The notes under the pieces were generated by a model, which saw nothing but the letters and a program-made list of their open reading frames with translations, did not search any database and had not been told where the DNA came from. Shown one piece after another: positions 12,229 to 24,248 of a stretch of DNA of 36,708 nucleotides; position 1 is the first letter of the stretch, and each line of letters opens with the position of its first letter. A program made the translations under genes and the position numbers. Source of the DNA: Octopus bimaculoides (taxonomy: Eukaryota); NCBI RefSeq assembly GCF_001194135.2, contig NC_068992.1, positions 59,873,811 to 59,910,518 on the forward strand, read 5' to 3'.

Positions 12229-12420
12229 TCTACTCTTTTCTACTCTAGGCACAAGGCACAAAATTTTGGGGGAGGGGGCCAGTCAATTAGATTGACCCCA
12301 GTACGCAACTGGTACTTAATTTATCGACCCTGAAAGGATGAAAGCAAAGTCGACCTCGGCGGAATTTGAACACAGAACATAAAGACAGAAGAAATACCGC
12401 TAAGCACTTCACCTGGAATG
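12229..12420 (-). mobile_element. SINE family B copy with probable 14-bp target-site duplication
   Basis: The minus strand has the B-box-like gtgttcaaattcc and gaggtcgactttgctttcatcctttcagggtcgataaattaagtaccag. It is flanked by ctaataaaccccaa (12215-12228) and ctaataaaccctaa (12421-12434). Confidence 0.8.
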
Positions 12421-12544
12421 CTAATAAACCCTAACATATTGAAGCATTGAATATACACCAAAGACATTTCCAACCAGAAGGAGACAAATTAGATTTACTC
12501 TCTTATAATAAGTACAATCCATTAGTGTTTGTACACCCAGTTTC

Positions 12545-12665
12545 AAACAAAATCTATGGGTTGAATCTAGGCTATTATTAAAGATACTTGCCCAAGAATA
12601 CACAATGTAGGAATGAACCCAGAATACTGCTGTTGTGAAGCACACTTCTAAACTGCATCCCCATC
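12545..12665 (-). mobile_element. SINE family A head fragment
   Basis: gatacttgcccaagaatacacaatgtaggaatgaacccagaa matches the family A head. Confidence 0.6.
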
Positions 12666-13129
12666 AAAGTTTACTTCATTTTTCTCTTTCACTAAACACT
12701 TTTATATAATACCAAACTATAATACATTGTTTCATATTTTAAGTAGAGAAAGTTTTCACACTCTAATTTAAGTGCAATAATTTTGCTTGTTGCNNNNNNN
12801 NNNNNNNNNNNNNNNNNNNNNNNNNNNNNNNNNNNNNNNNNNNNNNNNNNNNNNNNNNNNNNNNNNNNNNNNNNNNNNNNNNNTTATAGAGGAAGAAATT
12901 ACCATTCTTCCTTTATAAATCGCAACATAATATTTTTTTTTTAATGAAAGTGGTAACAAATGTAGTTTTCTGAAAATGGCCCCATCTACTTTGTCAATCT
13001 GACTCTCTCTCTCTCTCTCGTTCTCTCTCACACTCTCTGTCACCCTGTTTTCTTCTGTCTGTCTGTCTCTATATACATCTACCTACCTACTTACCTCTCT
13101 ATCGCTCTATCTATCTATTTATGTGTCAG

Positions 13130-13149
13130 TCTGCCTGTCTATCTGTCTG

Positions 13150-13206
<57 letters not shown>

Positions 13207-13220
13207 TTATTTATCTATCT
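13130..13220. repeat. (ATCT)n tetranucleotide microsatellite (second block 14160-14340)
   Basis: Visible periodicity. Confidence 0.95.
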
Positions 13221-14162
13221 TATACAAACAGTAAGGTATGAAATTCTAGAGCAAATGTCTATAATTTGATTCTAAAGCGGTCACATGACCTCTTATTTAT
13301 TTATTTATTTTAAAATTTTCCTCTAAGATTCTACAAAAGTGCAGTCTCAGGAGATATAATCCATTTGTTTGTTGTGATATTTAATTTTTATTTCATATTT
13401 CAAAAAAAAAGATGAAAAATAATAATATATAAATAAAATAAGTAAAACCCACAACTTGCCATGAATTTCGCCAGCATTACAACCATTATTTTCGTAAACT
13501 GCACTAACATTACCCCATTCCTCCCAACAACACTATTATACAATACCATCCTAGCAAAAAGCATGTCTTTTTAACTTTAGTTCAATCATAAAATAAATAT
13601 TGCCAAGTTGAGTTCTTGTTAAATGCAGCATTTTGCTATTATCAGATTAAATAAAATATTTGCCATAATCTTTAGTAGTTTTAGAAATGGTGGAATTTTC
13701 TTTCAGGTCAGCAAAGAATTAAAGAAAGAGCATCTCTGTTATTGCTGTTTGACAGACTTCAGAATTCTCTTTCTCACCTTAAATGGTTGTTATTTCGGTG
13801 TTTTTAAGATTGCCTGGTAAAGACAGGCAAGATGTTTATTGTATTGCCTAATACAGGTTTATAGTCTATGGTGTATGAACTATTTCTTTTTCTACTTTTG
13901 GAGGTCAGTTTTAGAAACATTGAGTTAGACAATAAGTAAACAGCACTCTGTCGGTGATGACGATGAGGGTTCCAGTTCCAGTTGATCCATTCAACTCAAC
14001 AGCCGGCTTGAGAAATTAATGCACAAGTGTCCTCTTAATGCAGTTCTCAGGCAGATTCAGCATGATACAGAGTGTGACAAGGCTGACCCTTTGAAATACA
14101 GGAACCACTCGTTTTTTCAGCTGAGTGGACTGGAACAGTGAATTAAAGTGTCTGTGTATCAA

Positions 14163-14224
<62 letters not shown>

Positions 14225-14234
14225 AGCCTGTCTG

Positions 14235-14288
<54 letters not shown>

Positions 14289-14814
14289 AGCCTGTCTGTC
14301 TGTCTTTCTGTCTATCTATCTATTTATCTATCTAACTATCTGTCTTCCCCAAAATTGCTGGCCTTGTGCCAAAAATTTGAAACCAATAAGAGTAACCATT
14401 TTTTAAAAGTATGTGAAACTACCTTAAACAAAATGTGCTTTTTATTGAATTCAAAACAATAAAGTGTGATTTGGGAGAGATTTGGCTGCTAGTTCTAGCA
14501 ACTTCTTGCTGTTTAGTCCCAGGTTAACCCCAGTCAAGCAGATCTATGATCAAAGTTAATTCCAGTCGTGACCATCTTGTCTTTTCCATGAAGATTACCC
14601 AGGACCAGATTAAACAAAATATTATATCTAAGATGGTGGAGTATGACTTGAATGAGATTCCGCTGTTGTCTCTACCATTAAGTAGAGACTCTCTTGTTGG
14701 CAAAGATAATCCAAAAGTAGACAGTTGCTCTCAGTAAACATGCATTGGTCCACACAAACTGATTGGTTAAGACTAAGCTTCATTTTGTTTTATTATTTAG
14801 TAGACACATAGTAA

Positions 14815-15030
14815 TATACTTTGACCAATCCTGGAGAAATGGTATAGCTAGATCAGAGGTTCTCAACCAGGGTCCACGTGCCCCCTGAAGGTTCATATAA
14901 GGCTTTTGGAGATCCTCACAAGGAAACAGTAAATTGGGGATCCACTATAGTATTTTAAGGGCCCCTGAAAAAAATTTTGCTTCAGATGTATCTGTTAGTA
15001 TGCATTGCAAGAAACAGTTAGGTTTCTATG

Positions 15031-15065
<35 letters not shown>

Positions 15066-15089
15066 GTTATTACTATTATTAATATTATT

Positions 15090-15125
<36 letters not shown>

Positions 15126-15850
15126 ATTATTGTTATTATTCAGGTCACTATCAACCCCAAGATTCCGAGTTCGATTCCAGGCAGTGACCTGAATAATAAT
15201 AATAATAAGTTAAGTTTCTTTCTTGAACATTTTACATAGTTCAACCTACGTAAGTTGATGTGTGTAAAACAAAATAGGAATTTTGAAGACATTTCTATAA
15301 AATCAGTTTTTTAAGCATCAAATAGACATGGGGGTCAGCTAGAATAGAATAATAATCAAGGAAGTCCAAAGATGAAAAATGATTGAGAACCCTTGATCTA
15401 GAAGAATTGGTAAATAGAGAAGTGATAGCTCATATGATTTGGTCAATGTTGGAAGAATGGTCAGATCCAAATAATTTGATCAGTATAGCAGAAAATGGTA
15501 AGTTCAGAAGATTTGGTTGACACTGGAGAAATGGTAGTGGCAGTGGTGGTAGTGGGGGGGGGTCCAGATGATTTGATTAACAGTGGAGAAATGGTAGATA
15601 CAAATGATTATATTAACACTGGGTAAATGACAAGCTCTGGTGATTTGTTCAACATTCAGATAACCGGTGAGTCCAGATGATTTGATCAAAATAAGAGAAA
15701 TGATAAGTCCAGGCTATTTGATCCACTGTAGAGAAGGGATAAATCCAGGTGATTTGATTAACAGAGAAGTGGTAGGTCCAGATGATTTTATCAACCTTGA
15801 ATAAATGTTAAGTCCAGATGATTTGACCAACACTGGAGAAATAGTGGAGC
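14815..15850. repeat. Degenerate ~36-bp minisatellite (consensus ggagaaatggtaggtccagatgatttgatcaacact) interrupted by the hAT MITE
   Basis: About 12 units at 15400-15850 and one partial unit (tttgaccaatcctggagaaatggta) left of 14854. Confidence 0.8.
14854..15395. mobile_element. hAT (Charlie-like) non-autonomous MITE
   Basis: TIRs cagaggttctcaacc / gattgagaacccttg. Flanking 8-mers agctagat and atctagaa match at 6/8 and fit the NTCTAGAN hAT-Charlie target preference. Confidence 0.7.
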
Positions 15851-15914
15851 CAGCCAGTTGTAATGTCTCACCTACAGTTGTTTTCTTCATGCTTCAGCAG
15901 ATAAAAGTGGTCTG

Positions 15915-16190
15915 ACCCTTAATTTAGATCTAAGTTGAAGGAAGACCCCTAGAGGGAAATCAACAGACATTATTGCTTGGAATGTGACATTAATAAATGT
16001 AAAGAATTTTATCTCTGACAAGGCAATAAAGGAGCTTTTAATGTGGTTCCTTGTCCTACCACAATTGTGTATGGATCTCCTCTTTAATGTCTTAAAGCAG
16101 AAAGAATACATTGGGCAATGTAGTCTGAGATGGACTATGTCTGAAAAGATGCTCATGGAAAGAGTGCTTTTGATTATAGGTTTTGTTAAT
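15915..16190 (+). mobile_element. Degraded CR1/L2-like LINE reverse-transcriptase C-terminal fragment
   Basis: Broken frames give DLS*RK...KNFISDKAIKELLMWFLVLPQL / YGSPL, resembling the DLSW...LV.P.LEY.SP.W region of CR1/L2 ORF2. The similarity is weak and judged by eye. Confidence 0.35.
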
Positions 16191-17809
16191 TAGGATTGAC
16201 ACGGAGAATAAACATCAACACCAGCAAGCACAACAACAACTCAGTCTTTGATCATGAAACAAACAAGTTAACAAATACTGAATTCAAATCCAGAAATGAA
16301 AGCCACTACTGAAAATATTTAGTTAAGTCAAGCATTTTGTCCCTTGTTAACTTTACTATAGTGTACGGGTAAAAATTATTCTGGCTGGACACAAGGAAAT
16401 TGATAAATAGAGTTGGTAAAGTGCAAAATCAGTGTATTACATGCATAAAATATGGAGAAAGAGAAAGAATAGTAAGTCAACATTTTGTAAAAGAATGAAG
16501 AAAACGTTGTAACCATTCCAAACTGAAGTGCAAAATAGCAAATTGTAACTTCAATTGTCCATGATGCAAAATGAATCATTTGTACTACAGTAAGTGTGCT
16601 AAAATGAAAAGAATAAATCCACAATAATGAGTCGATGTTTATCTGACATCACCTAGTAGAATCAATAAAGTGTCCCCTCGGACAAATCGGCGTAAACTTA
16701 ATAAACGATGTGGGAGAGATAAATATCACATAATAATAGAATTGTGTCTTTTGATTCAATGACACTTAATAAACAATGTCTTGTGTTGAGACAACTGGAG
16801 TTGTCTCTGTCATCAAGACAAAAGGAGGTAATAGGGAAGGAGCAAAAGTAGAAGGCTAAAAAATGGAGGAAAAGTGGGATGTTGTGATGTTTGAAACAAC
16901 GATGGCTTTCCACTTCCTTTCTCCAGGCCACACCCACTAAGACCTTACTGTTTTGAGGATTATACAACACTATGGGTACCTTTGTTTCCCGTCTTCAAAG
17001 TGAACAAGAAATGATCTTCCTCTCTAGCACACTTACACCTGCAGGCTTTAGCAGTTGACTTGTTTTCTTCTAAACCACGCATACATCTTCTCCACCAGAC
17101 ATTTCACTCTTCACCTACATTCTCTCCCATACACTCACACCTACATTCCTAATCAAATACACAATTCACTTAATTTATATCCGCCTACATAACACACTTC
17201 ACACATAATTCATTTCATTTACTTCAAACCTCACCCTTTCCCACAATCAATAGCATTTTGCACTCACACAAAAACACACATATATACACACCGCTCACTA
17301 ACATATTGCCTAACTCATCAAACACTTACAGCTCTACCTTGTCCTCCCCTACAGATGTACTTCACACGTACTTCCTATCACAAATCTACCCTTTATCATA
17401 CTTACTTTTCAGGCTTACTTCCTTTACTTTTCTATCTCTGCTAACACTAAGTTCTTCACCTCCCTATATTCTCCCATGCCACTCCAGCATGGTTTACCGC
17501 TCAATAATCAAACACCATCTTTACCCCTTCCATTGTTTTTCTACTTTTTCTTCTCCTCTCTTGATAAAGGACCATTGTCTGAAATGTCAGTTTATCTTAT
17601 TTTTCCCTTCCTTCACAATATCTAATACATTGACTCTGTCCATCATCATTTTTTTTTTTACTTTGGCTGTTGTCTATCATAAACCTGTATACTATTGCTG
17701 CATGTATGCTGATGTCTGTTAAGTAGACCCATTGACATTAAAACATGTATAGTCACACTCCAGGCTCTGGCAACAAATGCGCTGATCCCACTCGTTCTCT
17801 GCCATTTTT

Positions 17810-18915
17810 ACCACTACTACTACGATGACGACTACGACCACCACCACTGCCACTACCAACATCAATATTACTACAACTACCACGACCACCACCATGACTA
17901 CCAGCATTAACACCACTACCATCACCACCACAACCACCAACACTAATACCACGACTACTGCCGCCACAACCTCCAACACCAAACACTGCTACCATATGAT
18001 CACCAATGCTACCACCACTACAACCATGATCACCAGCAACAACGACAACACCTCTACCACCACTACAACCACCACCACGACCATCAATACTAATATCAGT
18101 ACCACCACCACCATTACCTCTACTACTACTACTACCACTACAGTCACCTACACCAACACTACCACTACCACAACCACCAACGCTAATACCAGTACTACTA
18201 CCATCCCAACCACCACCGCCACCACCACAATTACTAACACAAACATCACCACTACCACCGCCACCACCACAATTACTAACACAAACATCACCACTACCAC
18301 CGCCACCACCATCACCACCATCACCACAACTACTAACACTAACATTNNNNNNNNNNNNNNNNNNNNNNNNNNNNNNNNNNNNNNNNNNNNNNNNNNNNNN
18401 NNNNNNNNNNNNNNNNNNNNNNNNNNNNNNNNNNNNNNNNNNNNNNNNNNNNNNNNNNNNNNNNNNNNNNNNNNNNNNNNNNNNNNNNNNNNNNNNNNNN
18501 NNNNNNNNNNNNNNNNNNNNNNNNNNNNNNNNNNNNNNNNNNNNNNNNNNNNNNNNNNNNNNNNNNNNNNNNNNNNNNNNNNNNNNNNNNNNNNNNNNNN
18601 NNNNNNNNNNNNNNNNNNNNNNNNNNNNNNNNNNNNNNNNNNNNNNNNNNNNNNNNNNNNNNNNNNNNNNNNNNNNNNNNNNNNNNNNNNNNNNNNNNNN
18701 NNNNNNNNNNNNNNNNNNNNNNNNNNNNNNNNNNNNNNNNNNNNNNNNNNNNNNNNNNNNNNNNNNNNNNNNNNNNNNNNNNNNNNNNNCCACCACCACC
18801 ACCACCATCACCACAACTACTAACACTAACATCACCACTACCACCGCCACCACCACCACCACCACCACTGCCGTCGCCGCCGCCATCATCACCACCCCCA
18901 CCACCACCTGCACGA
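17810..18915. repeat. (ACC/ACT)n compound triplet repeat with a 42-bp higher-order duplication, spanning a gap
   Basis: The unit accaccgccaccaccacaattactaacacaaacatcaccact is repeated at about 18210-18310, with a variant after the gap. Confidence 0.9.
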
Positions 18916-19278
18916 CATCACAACACTTTGGTGTTTATTGTAAACATAGGTAATTAATCACGCATATGTTTGTTAGTGTGTGTAAACCTACATCAAAACC
19001 CACATGTAAACATAGGTGTCAGTGTGCTCGAACATAAATACATGTTATTCATATCCGTACATGTTAGTGATCTATTGTAAACATATCAATTATTGATCAT
19101 TGCTGATAGGTTTGCAGGTCACTTTCTAATCAAATGTTGTGCTTGTCTGACACAGTTTTTCTGCTGCTTTTTTGTTCCAGGCCAGATAAGTGTAACGTTT
19201 CACTAATATTTAAGTGGGAAGAAAGTGCCAGAATATTAGAAAGTAATATAAAAAAAAAAAACTTTTTAATTTGTCATC

Positions 19279-19309
<31 letters not shown>

Positions 19310-19332
19310 CCATTGTCATCGTCATCATCATC

Positions 19333-19363
<31 letters not shown>

Positions 19364-20789
19364 CCATCGTCATCGTCACCATTGTCGTTGTTGTTGTTGT
19401 TGTTGTCATCATCCTCATCTCATATCATCATCACTGTCATATCATCGTCGTTATTGTTGTCGTTATCGATGTCCTTGTCATCACTGGCATCATCGTCATC
19501 GTCAGCACCAATACCAACACCACACAACCACTCTCGTTCTTTCTTTCCCTCTTTCATTCTCACTCTCTCTCATTCACACTTATTCTCTCCCTTGCTCACA
19601 CACACACACACACACACACGCACTCTCTCTCTCTCTCTCTGACAGGGGTAACTCTGTATCTCCTCTACAGCAAGTCACCTGTTTCTGTGCCTGTGTCGTA
19701 TTTTGCCCCCCCCCCATCACCTGGCACAAAGCCACNNNNNNNNNNGCCTGTGTCGTATTTTGCCCCCCCCCCATCACCTGGCACAAAGCCACCCCCTTCA
19801 ATACTACACTCTTCTCAAAGGATCTTTGTTTTGCAAGTTACTTGGTGACCTCACTAGTGCCGATGCCACATAAAGAGGCACCCAGCTCACTCTGTAAAGT
19901 GGTTGGCAATAAATAGGAAGGCAACTCCTGTCAAACTATCCAAAACATGCTAGCATGAAAATGATGATGATGATGGTGGCAATGATAATGATGATGATGA
20001 TGATGATGATGATGGCGATGTTGATGGCGATGTTGATGATGATGGGGATGATGATGATGACGATTATAATAACATCATAATTTAGTAATTGTTGGGTGAG
20101 AATGATTTATTGGGTGTTGTTTTTGTTTTGCGGGGGGGGGGGGGGTTATTTATTGCAAAAAAAAAAAAAGATTGTTTGAAAGTTGAACCAATTTGATATT
20201 GAGAGCAAAAGACTTAAATTAGATGTTTACACATCAATCTCACACATTAATGTCACTCATTTTAATAGGTTTTATAATCACTGATTAGAAGAAAAAGAGG
20301 AAAGAAGCAGAGAAACTATACGTTGTCTCTTTACAAACTTTGTAGCCTTTCAATAATGCTTTTTGAAAGAAATTTTCCTTCTGGCAAAGTACAAGCCACT
20401 CTGGTAGTTATTAATGGATTGCTGTGTGTTTTTCTTTTGCTAATTTAAAATTTGTGAAATAAAAACATCATCATTTCATCGTTGTTGTTGTCGTTGTCAT
20501 CGTTGTCGTCATAGCCGTCATCGTCGTTATCGTCATCATCATCATCATCATCATCATTTGACATCTGTTTTCCATGCTGGCATGGGTTAGATGGTTTGAC
20601 AAGATCCGATTTGATGCAAGGCACATTGTGCTCTAGTGTCAGCTTTGGCATGGCTGAGTGCCATTCCAAATGCAAAATCATTGCATCAACCTGCAGTGAA
20701 TACTTTGCATCAAACGGTGAGCCACTGCTCAGTGATGGTTCAATTCCTTCTCCATTGAGTGGGTGAGAAAATTACAGAATAATTATTAT

Positions 20790-21370
20790 TGAAAAAAAAG
20801 TTGAGGATGAAAGTGATGTAGTCCTCTGATACAGGATCCCTCTAGGGATAATTGAGGAACTGCACTGTCCAAGATCTCCCTGAACACCAAAGGACAAGTG
20901 CCCTCTCCAATTCCCTTTCTCCAACTCACAGGTCTACTCTCAGAGAGGTACCATCCACTCTTGCCATTTTTACAACTTCCATCCACCTTTCAAAAAACTC
21001 ACTCGAGGACAGCACTTTCCTCTCTAGCCTCAGTTTCCATTTCAAGTGAAACTTGAAGAGGTCAATGAGACCTCTACCAAAGAGGAATGTATCTGTCATT
21101 TCAGCCTTGTCTACCAGACAACCTCTTTCACCACAGTCACCAGGCAAAGGAAAATTCCTGTCTAATTAAAGTAGGGTAGCATGGCAATCATAATTCTAGA
21201 CTTGACCAATAGAGTTTATCTTGAACTGGTAGTGTCCCCTTCCCGCAGTACCACTGCCAGGCCAAAGACATCTGGAAATTATCCATGATAGTTCCTGGAA
21301 CAGAATGGCCAGTTAATTTTGGTTGATGCCCAGAGTCTTCCTGAGAACGTTGTCACACTCGCCTGCCACT
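20790..21370 (-). mobile_element. 3' fragment of a Tx1/L1-clade non-LTR retrotransposon (ORF2 zf-RVT-like region and C-terminus), degraded
   Basis: The minus strand translates as MDNFQMSLAWQWYCGKGTLPVQDKLYW (zf-RVT-like W...LP..DKL) and later TFLFGRGLIDLFKFHLKWKLRLERKVLSSSEFFERW, typical of Tx1 ORF2 ends. Frameshifts and stops lie between the two segments. Confidence 0.7.
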
Positions 21371-21523
21371 ATGTGTGTCTTGTCACCAACCCTGATCTGT
21401 TTGCATCTAAAGTAATATTTTTCTATGACCAGACATGTTTTGACAGAAGATTGGAAATGAAGGACTTCACCAGCTTAATGGTGTCACTCACAACTATCAT
21501 GCTATGTCAGCCCACAGTAAACA

Positions 21524-21719
21524 GGACACAAGACAAAATCCTCCCAGACAAATTTAAAACAAAAATATCAATTAATAAATATTTTTAATTTCAGAAAATA
21601 TTTTTGTTGTAAAGAAAGAACGATATCCCAGTGGGTATTGACTGCTGGGGGATCTTATCCGGGGAGTGGGATTTTTGTGTACGGGGGATTTTGTCCTCAG
21701 GGGATTTTGTCCTAGTACC
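21524..21719. mobile_element. Probable MULE/Mutator-type MITE
   Basis: Ends ggacacaagacaaaatcc / ggattttgtcctagtacc, with repeated subterminal GGACAAAATCC motifs. Candidate 9-bp TSD cagtaaaca / cagtgcaca (7/9). Confidence 0.5.
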
Positions 21720-21974
21720 CAGTGCACATACAACAGACAAATATATATTCATTCCAAAAATTTTCCATCTGAGATTCTTATGTGAACAAATGCACACACT
21801 TTGGTGTATGAATCAACAGTTCACCCAACACACCAACTCAATCACACATTTACAAACATTGGCAACACTCTTAGCTCAGAAACTCTTGTCGTTTTGTTAG
21901 TGACTGGCTTGAACTCTCTCATGAAGAACTTAAATAAAGCTCAAAGAGTAACCACACATACATGCATATGTAAC

Positions 21975-22297
21975 TACTACTCTGTTGCTTATGATGACAA
22001 GGATGCCAGTGGATTGAATCAACAGAACAGCCTGCTCATGAAATTACATGCAAGTGGCTGAGCACTCCACAGACATGCACACCTTTAATGTAGTTTTCTG
22101 GGAGATTCAGCATGACACAGAANNNNNNNNNNGGCTGGCCCTTTCAAATACAGATATGTGACAAAGGCTGGCTCCTTGAAATACAGCTGATTGGACTGGA
22201 ACTACCTGAAATAAGTATCTTGCTCAAGGATTCAACACATCACTGGGACCTTATGATCATGAGCCAAACACCCTAACCATTAAGCCATGCACCTTCA
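21975..22297 (-). mobile_element. tRNA-headed repeat family E (related copies at about 6440-6545 and 13935-14150)
   Basis: Shared block gatcaacagaacagcctgctcatgaaatta...gcactccacagac...gagattcagcatgacacaga. The minus strand begins aggtgcatggcttaatggttaggg (A-box-like). Confidence 0.65.
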
Positions 22298-22302
22298 CAC
22301 AC

Positions 22303-22335
<33 letters not shown>

Positions 22336-22336
22336 T

Positions 22337-22495
22337 GATGGGTTTCTTGCAGGTTCCGACTACCAAATCCCCTCACAAGTCTTTGGTCGGCCTGTGGCTA
22401 TAGTAGAAGACCCTTGCCCAAGGTGCCTCACAGTGTGACAGAACCCTGAACCATCGTGGCTGTGAAGCAAATTTCTTACCACCAGCTATGCTTCC
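22337..22495 (-). mobile_element. SINE family A head fragment
   Basis: ctaccaaatcccctcacaagtctttggtcggcctgtggctatagtagaagacccttgcccaaggtgcc. Confidence 0.8.
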
Positions 22496-22509
22496 ACCAT
22501 ATGTTAACA

Positions 22510-22994
22510 TACACTCTTTTACATGTTTTAGTGGCCATGCTGGAGCACCGCCTTTAGTCAAATAAATTAACCCCAGGATTTATTCTTTGTCATCCTAGTA
22601 CTTATTCTATCAGTCTCTTTTGCTGAACTGCTAAGTTTCAGGGACATAAACACACTAACATCAGTTGTCAAGCGATGGTGGGGGGACAAACACAGACAGA
22701 AAGACACACACACACATACACACACACCCATGCACACACACACACACACATGCACACATACATGNNNNNNNNNNNNNNNNNNNNNNNNNNNNNNNNNNNN
22801 NNNNNNNNNNNNNNNNNNNNNNNNNNNNNNNNNNNNNNNNNNNNNNNNNNNNNNNNNNNNNNNNNNNNNNNNNNNNNNNNNNNNNNNNNNNNNNNNNNNN
22901 NNNNNNNNNNNNNNNNNNNNNNNNNNNNNNNNNNNNNNNNNNNNNNNNNNNNNNNNNNNNNNNNNNNNNNNNNNNNNNNNNNNNNNNNNNNNNN

Positions 22995-23034
<40 letters not shown>

Positions 23035-23190
23035 GCATACACGATTGGCTTCTTTCAGTTTCCATCTACCAAATCCACTCACAAGGCTTTGGTCAACCCC
23101 AAGCTACAGTAGAAGACACTTACTCAAAATGTTATGCAGTGGGACTGAACCTGGAACCATGTGGTTGCAAAGCAAGCTTCTTACCACACA
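22510..23190 (-). mobile_element. SINE family A copy spanning an assembly gap
   Basis: The 3' half (22510-22760) and head (23040-23190) are colinear with 5272-5693. The gap lies in the internal microsatellite. Confidence 0.8.
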
Positions 23191-23755
23191 GATAATATCT
23201 AAATGCCTTTTCTACAACTAACATATTCTCAAATATCTGAAAGTTATTGTGTTGCTATGTAATTATGTGAAAGTAAACATATTTTCATTGCATATACAAT
23301 GTTTTAAACTTATTTAAACTTTCAAAACAAACCCCACTCCTCTTGCTCAGCATATGCATATCATATGTTAAATATAGCTGGGCCATGTGCTTAATTTCCA
23401 AACGACGTTCTAAAAACAGTAAAATTTCATAACATAAAAATTTTAAAAAATAATAATTTATAATTTAATAATTTACTTTTTAAATTTTATTTTGGGAATT
23501 ATTGATAAAGCTGTTAGTCTTCCTAGCTTTATTAGTGGAATGCTCAAGCAAATGAAACAACAACAAAAAAAAATCAAGCAAACAAGCTGTATGAAAACAG
23601 AAGCACTTAAAATTTTAGTGGTTAGATATATTAGGTAGAGACATTGATCGTAGTCACACACAGCTATTTATTTATAAGCAACACAACTGCTTATTACCGA
23701 CTGTGCTATTTTAGTATAATTTTTCCCTTATTTTCCCGAAATAAATTTAATATCT

Positions 23756-23829
23756 GGGGAATTAGCTCAGATGGTTGAGCACTTGCTAGGCGAGCGTAAA
23801 GACATTAGTTTCAATATCTACATTGTCTT
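23756..23829 (+). pseudogene. tRNA-Ala-derived pseudogene
   Basis: The 5' half ggggaattagctcagatggttgagcacttgct closely matches animal tRNA-Ala (GGGGAATTAGCTCAAATGGTAGAGCGCTCGCT). The anticodon and T arms are decayed; it ends in cattgtct. Confidence 0.6.
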
Positions 23830-23939
23830 TTTAAGTTTTATTTTTCCATTGTATGGTGTAATGTTCAGCATTCTGGACTCCAGCAGTCTGAGTTCAAATC
23901 TTAGAGGAAAAAGATACAATATCTTTTTTTATAGTCACT

Positions 23940-24212
23940 GCTGTGGCTGTGTGGTTGCGAAGCTTGTTTTCCAGCCATGTGGTCTTTGGTACAGTTCCAC
24001 TGTGCAGCACATTGGGCAAGTACCGTCTACTGGAAGATCCTGGCGGGCTAATGTCATGTGAGTGAATTTGATACACAGAAATTGTGTGAAAGCCCATGAT
24101 ATATATATATATATATATATATATAACAGACAGAGTTGGAACTCTTTTAAATAATATATTCCTCTATACACGATCATACAAAACCCTTTTTTATATTTTT
24201 TTATTTTTATTC

Positions 24213-24248
<36 letters not shown>

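Larger units (their letters stand above)
11236..12470. repeat. Degenerate ~97-bp minisatellite (dimer of ~48-bp subunits) interrupted by insertions
   Basis: Three units at 11236-11545 (ggtccataatttactgaag.../ggacccaaacttactagag.../gaactctaacttactgaag...). Further units at about 12050-12228 and 12421-12470. Confidence 0.75.

Noticed and set aside
15400-15850. 36-bp repeats as a CRISPR array
   Set aside because: Units are contiguous and degenerate, with no unique spacers and no cas genes, in a eukaryotic context.
16700-17560. Purine/pyrimidine-skewed segment as a LINE fragment
   Set aside because: No recognisable reverse-transcriptase or endonuclease motif in any frame by eye; left unassigned.
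17825-18823. 332-aa Thr-rich 'mucin-like' ORF and its 386-aa Val/Gly-rich antisense ORF
   Set aside because: Open only because (ACC/ACT)n triplets and a 443-nt N gap contain no stops; no splice signals or non-repetitive domain.
19689-19792. Exact 47-bp direct repeat around a 10-N gap
   Set aside because: Identical copies flanking a minimal gap are typical of unmerged overlapping contig ends, so this is an assembly artefact.
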